From: Eukaryota sp. TZLM1-RC
Lineage: Eukaryota; Protista; Metamonada: BaSk clade
Reading direction: 5' to 3'
NCBI GenBank assembly: GCA_040285825.1
Contig: JAUPSS010000009.1
Coordinates: 124,001-188,000, forward strand
Length of the DNA: 64,000 nt
Shown here: positions 57,698-64,000 of the stretch, piece by piece
Position numbering within the stretch: position 1 is the stretch's first letter
Layout of the letters: each line of letters begins with the position of its first letter
Position numbers and translations under genes: made by a program
The notes under the pieces: generated by a model
Database searches by the model: none
What the model was told of the DNA's origin: nothing
What the model saw: the letters and a program-made list of their open reading frames with translations, nothing else

Positions 57698-58440
57698 TCA
57701 GTTGGAAATCGTGGAAACTGTTCAGGCTTGTGTCTTAAGTGATCCAGATGACTCAATGTTTTGTTTAACTTTTGTTGCTCAAAGGTAGTTTTAAAAGTAT
57801 AAACTCCTTCACCATAAACAAAGTCTTCAAAATGCTGTAGAAATGCACTTCTTGGTTTTACCTTTTTTTGCCCACAATACTCAGCTGAAATATAACAAAT
57901 TCTGGCCATTAATGATTCATACAATTGGGCAGATATTCGTGGTGGTATTAAATTACGTTCAAATCGGGATTGTAAATACAGCTTGACGCAACATGTATGG
58001 GTAAATTCCTGATAAAGTTTGATTTTCTTTCCATAAATCATTTTATATGCCCGATTGCCTAAGTCATGTTCATAGGAAAATTTTAATAAAATTCTTGGCA
58101 AATACCAGAGTATTTAAAAGATAAAGGTCATTTTCCCTGATGACAACTTCTCTCCATCTTGGAGAAAGTTGATTGAATACATCCACCATTGGATATTTTG
58201 AAACAGTGGAAAATGGTAAATTCAATTCATTGAATCAATATTTTAATACTTGTAAATCAATTTTGATTAAATTGTGATTCAATAAACAATGTGGTTGATA
58301 ATTGCCAATAAGGTTTGAAATTCTACGAAGCAAAGTTTCTTCGTTAGAGAATAATTCTGCCTGAACATTCATATCAATTTCAGGTAAAGATATGATTTGG
58401 GAACTCATCTTCAATAATAACGAATATTTGCTTTCCAAAA
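57698..58440 (-). pseudogene. Fanzor-like family C, N-terminal part
   Basis: The frame ...PEQFPRFPTD continues across the LTR insertion into NFSSPPEYMAPVMFANFENN. Confidence 0.4.
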
Positions 58441-58444
58441 AGAA

Positions 58445-58980
58445 AATGTGTTGGTCAAACCTACTGGTTGTTCCCGGCTTAAATGGTTTTTTTAACTATT
58501 TTAGACGCCAAGTCCAGTGACCCTTGTAATTCTTCTACCGAACATTTCATTAACTCAGATGTAAATAATCCTCTTCTTGCTAACGAAAAATAAAAAATTG
58601 CTAAATATGCGAAACCCATTTCCTCTTTAAATGAAAATTCTCATGCCCAATATAATTTATGTCCCCTTGGTTTTTGTTTGCTTGGATCTTTAGGTAAGGC
58701 TGCAATGGCTTTCCTAAACGATTTTGTTGTAGTTGTAAAGGAAAGAACTGGAAGAAATTTCAATCGTGATTACTGGCAAAGCAGGATTGTATTTTCTATT
58801 TTTAAGGGAATGGTGAAATTAATTTCTGATTCACTCTCTTCATTTGGGAAATTTTCTGAATCTTTAGAAATTAATTGTTTTGATGTAGGTGAGGCAGATT
58901 TTGAGGAGGTGGAGTTTTAGCTGTTTATTTCCCAGAGTAGACTATACTGCTTTTTTTTCCTTTTTTTTCCTTTTTTTATC
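58445..58980 (+). mobile_element. Degenerate RLE endonuclease fragment related to family 2
   Basis: VPGLNG..ILD..KIAKY..LLGSLGK..FLNDF..WQSRIVFSIFK..EVEF*. Confidence 0.7.
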
Positions 58981-59380
58981 TAGTTGATAAATCCCCGTAT
59001 TTGTATCTTTCCCAGAAAAAATGATTTTGAGTGTTGCAATTTTTTCAATTTTGCAAAAATTTGGATGAAAGAAGAAAAAACGTTTCCACCTTTAGAATTA
59101 TTGCAAGGTAATAATTTAATTAAATTTATTCCACAATGTATAAAATATTTAGGTAGAATTCCTGAAAAAGTTTGTGGTGATTTATCCAAATGTTTCAGTG
59201 AAGTGTGTAAAATTTTACAATCAAAAAATAGTGAATTGTTGCCAGATTATTTGATATTTAGCGATCAAGAAATTATCGAAAAATATCAAAATCTTACAAA
59301 ACTAGAAATGTTAAATAAATATGTTGTGGATAGTGGGGGATGGAATTTTCAAATCATTAAATCAAACCTTCATCAACTTT

Positions 59381-59890
59381 ATGCGCCGATACCTTCTCTA
59401 TATACCAATAGGCGTCCTTCTTATACTTGTAATTGTTGTCGTGCTAGTCTATGTCAGGGATAATGACATACCTCTACATCGTAGATTCTCTGGTGAATTT
59501 GTGACTTTGGGTCTGTCCACCATCTTTTCCATAGATCGTGACCGTCAATTACTTCATTATGATGAGAACAACGTACTTACAAGCTACTGTTATAAAGACC
59601 AACTCTTTTCTGCTTATTATTGCTCCCACCCGTCTTCTTTCAACTGTTCAACACTTATCAACACTTTGCTACCTGAGATTCCATCATCAGCAGAGCCATC
59701 TGGGAAGCGCACCTTTTCTTCTTTACTATTTCTTCGCAGGAAATGCTCTGTACTGAAAGTGGACCTAGAATCTTGGTGCACTTTCAAAGGATTCGTGCGA
59801 CAATGGTGTGTTGGCTCAGTTTGCATAGATTTCCATAAGTTGAAAGCACTCGATAAGGATGATGATGCTTTTAGTTTTAATTGCACGTAA
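59381..59890 (+). CDS. Hypothetical Cys-containing signal-anchored protein
   Basis: MRRYLLYIPIGVLLILVIVVVLVYV hydrophobic N-terminus, several Cys, 169 aa. Confidence 0.6.
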   Translation: MRRYLLYIPIGVLLILVIVVVLVYVRDNDIPLHRRFSGEFVTLGLSTIFSIDRDRQLLHYDENNVLTSYCYKDQLFSAYYCSHPSSFNCSTLINTLLPEIPSSAEPSGKRTFSSLLFLRRKCSVLKVDLESWCTFKGFVRQWCVGSVCIDFHKLKALDKDDDAFSFNCT

Positions 59891-60933
59891 GTTTTCGCTA
59901 TTTTAACTCTATCTATTTTTATATTATCTTTTGTTGAAATTACGCTATTCATCAACTGATTTTGGGTTGTAATCTAAGGCGAGGTGGACCCAATGTTTGG
60001 AATGTTAAATTATTCATTCTCTTAACCTTTAAAAGAGGTTGTTTCTGGACTGGGTTTTTTTGTAAATAGTTCCTATTTTAGTTTATTTTATTTTTGATTT
60101 CATTTTTGCACGTAATCCTAGAATTAATTTTTAATAAACTCCTTCTCGTTATCAATTATCATTATTAGTACACGCTGATGTAGCTGCATAGACGCAAATA
60201 TAGATAATACTGTAAGCTCTTATTTGGTTTCTTTACCTTCTGAATACTGGTTGTTTGTATTTCAATCAAAGGAAATAGAAGTCATTGTGGGAATATTTCA
60301 AAAATGTATCAGTGATACAGTGGTCATTCCAACGGATAATAATCCTTTATTTTCCCGCTAGAAAGACTTACCCCAACATGTGAACAACTTTTCAACTTTA
60401 CTCATTTTACTTGGACTTCAATATTTGATGACACGGACAGGGTAAATAGGCATCTTCGTAATCAACAGCATTAATAATAACCTAACATTGCTCCATTGTT
60501 GGTGTATGTCTAAGAATAGGATGTTAGTTCTAATATTCAAACAAACCACCTCCATTTGATCAATTAAGTTCAACAAGTAGTTACATGGGGTCTGAGGCAG
60601 TGTAATCAATGCAAAACGTTCTGGAATCGAGAGCCTAATTCTGCTCTAAAAACGTGATGTTGGCTGAAGACATTGTGGATAGAAGGGAGAGATCAGAAGT
60701 GATCAATACACAACAGTCTCAAACCAATGTTATTAAACCCACTGATGCAAGCCTGAAAGATGTTGGCAAGGGTTCTGAAGGCGATGGTATACCACAGAGT
60801 CTGATTCAATAACCTGACCTCAATACATTATCACGAGTAACTATAGACAAAGTTGAGAAACAATGTATAGTTTTGAACAGAAGTAACTTAAACTATCAAG
60901 AAAGTGAATTGACTTCTGAAGAATTCTTTCATT

Positions 60934-62457
60934 ATGGGTTGTACTTTTTCAGTTACTGCAATGCACAGTTTCGACCATCTCACCACTAAAATTACGGCCA
61001 CTATTGGTCCTTCTAGTATCAATAGAGTATCTGAGCTCCTCCAATGCGGTGTCAATGTGTTTAGACTGAACTTTTCTCATGGAAATGTTGAAACCCAAAG
61101 CAATGCCTACAACCGTATCCGTGAAGCCTCCGTCGGTCCGCATACATGTACTACCATCATTCAAGACCTACAAGGTCCTAAAATTCGCTGTGGAGTATTT
61201 GCCAATGCTAGAGTTACTCTTAAGCCCGGCCAGCAGTTCCGTTTCACCAAGGATTTATCCCCCGGTGATGAATCTCGTGTAGGGCTCCCTCATCCTGAAA
61301 TTTTCCAAGCCTTTCTTGAAACACCTGACGTCAAACACTTCGTTTTGCTTGACGATGGTAAAGTCAAGCTTGATGTCATTTCTGTCACTGAGGATGAAAT
61401 TGTCTGTAAGAGTGAACTTGGAGGTGTTCTGAGTGATAGGAAGGGTGTGAATCTCCCTACGGTTCAACTTGGAGTCTCTGCAATGACTGAAAAGGATAAG
61501 CAAGATTTATGTACTGGTCTAAAACTGGGTGTAGATTATATATGTCTCTCGTTTGTTCAATCCGTTGATGATGTCATAGAAGCTCGTGAGTATATGAACA
61601 CTTACCGTAATTATCTCTGCGACAATGGAGGCACCTGTCCCATTTATCCTCCCAAAATTATCTCCAAGATAGAAAAACCTCAAGCATTAGAAAACATTGA
61701 AGCTATCATTGCCGAATCTGATGCTATTATGTTGGCAAGAGGAGATTTGGGTGTTGAAATCCCCTTTGCCCAAGTTCCTGTTGTTCAGAAACGGGTTGTT
61801 GCCTTACTCAAACAAGCAGGCAAGCCCCTGATCATCGCTACTCACTGCTTAGAGTCCATGATCGAAAATCCTCGCCCAACCAGGGGTGAAGTCGGCGATG
61901 TTGCAGGACACATCTTCGATGGAGCTGATTCCGTAATGCTTAGTGGTGAATCTGCTAGTGGTGCACATCCTCTTGAAGCCGTCTCTGCAATGGCATCCAT
62001 CATTAAGTCTACTGAGCAATATATCCTCAAAAACGGGCTCAACAATGTTTCTGATCTCACAATTGAGAACGATACTGATGCAGTAGCGCGCTCCGCCAAA
62101 AATATGGCTCAAAGCATTGGAGCCAAGGCTATTGTTAACTTCACTGAATCCGGGTTTAGTTCCCTTCGTTTATCCAGAACTCGTCCTGGTGTACCAATCA
62201 TCGCAACTTCACCTCATCTCAGTGTTTTACGTTGCATAAATCTTGGTTATGGAATTCTTCCTGTGAAGTGTAATGGACTCAAGTCGTTTGATGAAATCCC
62301 CAAGGTTGCTGCTTCAATCGCTCTTGATGCAGGTATCGGTGTCCAGCGTGGTGACAAGGTTGTTGTTGTTGCTGGTTGTCCTTTTGGTTTTTCTCAGGCC
62401 AATGCTGAAGACTCTGATGTTAGGACCACTAGTTTTGTATTAATTGCTACTTGTTAG
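60934..62457 (+). CDS. pyk: Pyruvate kinase, bacterial-type (start 60934 or 60961)
   Basis: RLNFSHG, DLQGPKIR, LPHPEIF, DDGK, KIEKPQA, ARGDLGVE, MLSGESA. Confidence 0.96.
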   Translation: MGCTFSVTAMHSFDHLTTKITATIGPSSINRVSELLQCGVNVFRLNFSHGNVETQSNAYNRIREASVGPHTCTTIIQDLQGPKIRCGVFANARVTLKPGQQFRFTKDLSPGDESRVGLPHPEIFQAFLETPDVKHFVLLDDGKVKLDVISVTEDEIVCKSELGGVLSDRKGVNLPTVQLGVSAMTEKDKQDLCTGLKLGVDYICLSFVQSVDDVIEAREYMNTYRNYLCDNGGTCPIYPPKIISKIEKPQALENIEAIIAESDAIMLARGDLGVEIPFAQVPVVQKRVVALLKQAGKPLIIATHCLESMIENPRPTRGEVGDVAGHIFDGADSVMLSGESASGAHPLEAVSAMASIIKSTEQYILKNGLNNVSDLTIENDTDAVARSAKNMAQSIGAKAIVNFTESGFSSLRLSRTRPGVPIIATSPHLSVLRCINLGYGILPVKCNGLKSFDEIPKVAASIALDAGIGVQRGDKVVVVAGCPFGFSQANAEDSDVRTTSFVLIATC

Positions 62458-62604
62458 TTTTTTTTGTTTCGGAATACACTAGTTTTAATCTCTATGATCA
62501 ATGATTAATACTACAACAACCTTGATTACTATACACTTTAAAGATATCCGTGTCACCATGGATGGAAAGATACAATTGATAGTCAGTCTACAACTTTCTG
62601 AACA

Positions 62605-64000
62605 ATGCCGCTTATTGATGTACCACAAACACCCTTTCCCTTCAAACGAGCCTCTCAAACACCTTTGTTGAATAAGGTGATCGAATATTCCCATATACCG
62701 GTCTTCTTTCTCAACAACGGCAGCACAGGCACCAAAGAACCTCCAAGGACGTTCAAGAAGGAACCCTCAAATGATACTTCTCCAAAAACGAAATACAACA
62801 CCCCTCATGACTATGAAATCCACGGTTTAGGTCCACTGACGGAGTTCACTGAAAACAATTCTCCATTGCTTGATGTTGGCAACTTAACCCCATCTTTAAA
62901 TGATGATTCTCCTTGTCAAATGGCCTCTTCTGTTCCCAATGTTGAGAAAACACCAGTAGCCAATGTTCGCCTGAAACATCTACAAAACATTGACGTAACC
63001 CCTGAGAAGATGCCGAAAACACCTGCAGGGTTTCACTGCAATCATTTATTGCAACTATCTGGTATACCAAGACGATGGCAACGGTTGGTCAATGTGCACA
63101 ATGAAATCTCAGAATCAATGCAGGCAATTGATGTTATCGACAATGTTCCTCCTCCTCCCTTTGAGTGTCTCTCTAGCGAAAAAGCGCTTGAGCTGTGGTT
63201 AGTTGAGAATCGTTCATATGTCGATCAACGCCTTGCCTCAACTTCACTTCAGCAGTTCCGAGCAATTTGCTTCAAGAGAGTGTTAAACAATTCTGTCAAG
63301 TCGATACTCACCTCAAGTATAAAGGACTATGTTGCTGCTGATTGTGTCGTGGATGGAAATGCTGCGAAAACAGTCGTTTTTTTAAGCTTTGCTCGACTTC
63401 TTTCGATATCCGAAATATCAACTCTCATCGGTGAAAAACTTGCTCAACTGCAGGACTCTCAGTTTGCACGTTCTCTTTTCAAAGATGCTGGATGGCTACG
63501 TCAAGTAATCTGTGAGGTCATGTCAACCAACGATGAAGTCAAATCTATTCCTAGACCATTTTCGTCTCTTCATCTAGAGGACCCTCTCCTCAAACTTGCT
63601 TGTACTAATCCAATATCGTTCTGTTCCCGTATGATTAGGAGTTCTCTTCATGATTGGACATGTCATAGTTCACTTTACATTAATTCAATAATAGAAAAAT
63701 TGCACTTTTTTGATACAGATCCGGTTCTGAATCAAACAGTTATCACAGAATTATGTACAATCATTGAATCTTTTCCTTTCCAATTTTCTGAAGAAGAAGC
63801 AGTTGAATTTGATTCTGCCAATGGTTATGTAATTAATCTAAAAGCAATCATCAAAACTTTAACAAATATTATCAATCTGTTTGTTGATAATTTCACGGTG
63901 GAACCAACTGATGACTTGACTCAAATGATAGAGTTGATTGCCAAAAATGTTTTTCAAATTCCTTTCCAAAATTTATCTTTCAATTTGGCATTCTATCGAT
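62605..64000 (+). CDS. Hypothetical protein, open at the window end (>465 aa; absent from the ORF track)
   Basis: Manual translation from ATG 62605 (MPLIDVPQTPFPFKRASQTP...) finds no stop before 64000. TP/SP-rich N-terminus, then helical sequence. Confidence 0.75.
   Translation, partial: MPLIDVPQTPFPFKRASQTPLLNKVIEYSHIPVFFLNNGSTGTKEPPRTFKKEPSNDTSPKTKYNTPHDYEIHGLGPLTEFTENNSPLLDVGNLTPSLNDDSPCQMASSVPNVEKTPVANVRLKHLQNIDVTPEKMPKTPAGFHCNHLLQLSGIPRRWQRLVNVHNEISESMQAIDVIDNVPPPPFECLSSEKALELWLVENRSYVDQRLASTSLQQFRAICFKRVLNNSVKSILTSSIKDYVAADCVVDGNAAKTVVFLSFARLLSISEISTLIGEKLAQLQDSQFARSLFKDAGWLRQVICEVMSTNDEVKSIPRPFSSLHLEDPLLKLACTNPISFCSRMIRSSLHDWTCHSSLYINSIIEKLHFFDTDPVLNQTVITELCTIIESFPFQFSEEEAVEFDSANGYVINLKAIIKTLTNIINLFVDNFTVEPTDDLTQMIELIAKNVFQIPFQNLSFNLAFYR

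Noticed and set aside
60363-60372. 10-nt antisense match to the copy-2 predicted guide (GGTAAGTCTT)
   Set aside because: Too short to exceed chance, and no GATA is adjacent.
1-64000. CRISPR array, rRNA, tRNA, or bacterial contamination
   Set aside because: No repeat-spacer array or recognisable structural RNA gene was seen. Bacterial-type genes are interleaved with eukaryote-specific genes, and two contain introns.

Overview
Gene-dense nuclear DNA from a eukaryote, most likely an anaerobic protist. The metamonad-like assignment is inferred from PPi-dependent PFK, bacterial-type WrbA, YqeB and pyruvate kinase, and 28-31 nt GT-AG introns. About 17 compact host genes are separated by spacers made largely of nested mobile elements. 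These are about 10 copies or remnants of Fanzor (eukaryotic TnpB-like RNA-guided RuvC nucleases) from at least 4 families, two families of RLE non-LTR retrotransposons that insert into their own copies, a near-intact chromodomain Ty3/gypsy element with 121-bp identical LTRs, a Mutator element with a 9-bp TSD, and MITE-like elements. Top findings: (i) a near-intact ~651-aa Fanzor1 (23750-25704) with a conserved, highly structured 3' omegaRNA candidate and a divergent partner ORF; (ii) Fanzor right ends of three families stop at GATA, next to a GTGAAWTTCACAG-type motif, 35-90 nt upstream of host start codons, so the predicted guides are host promoter sequence, and one predicted guide matches a second promoter in this window; (iii) a eukaryotic YqeB, a marker of selenium-dependent molybdenum hydroxylase maturation. 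All family calls come from motif recognition by eye, and no database search was run.
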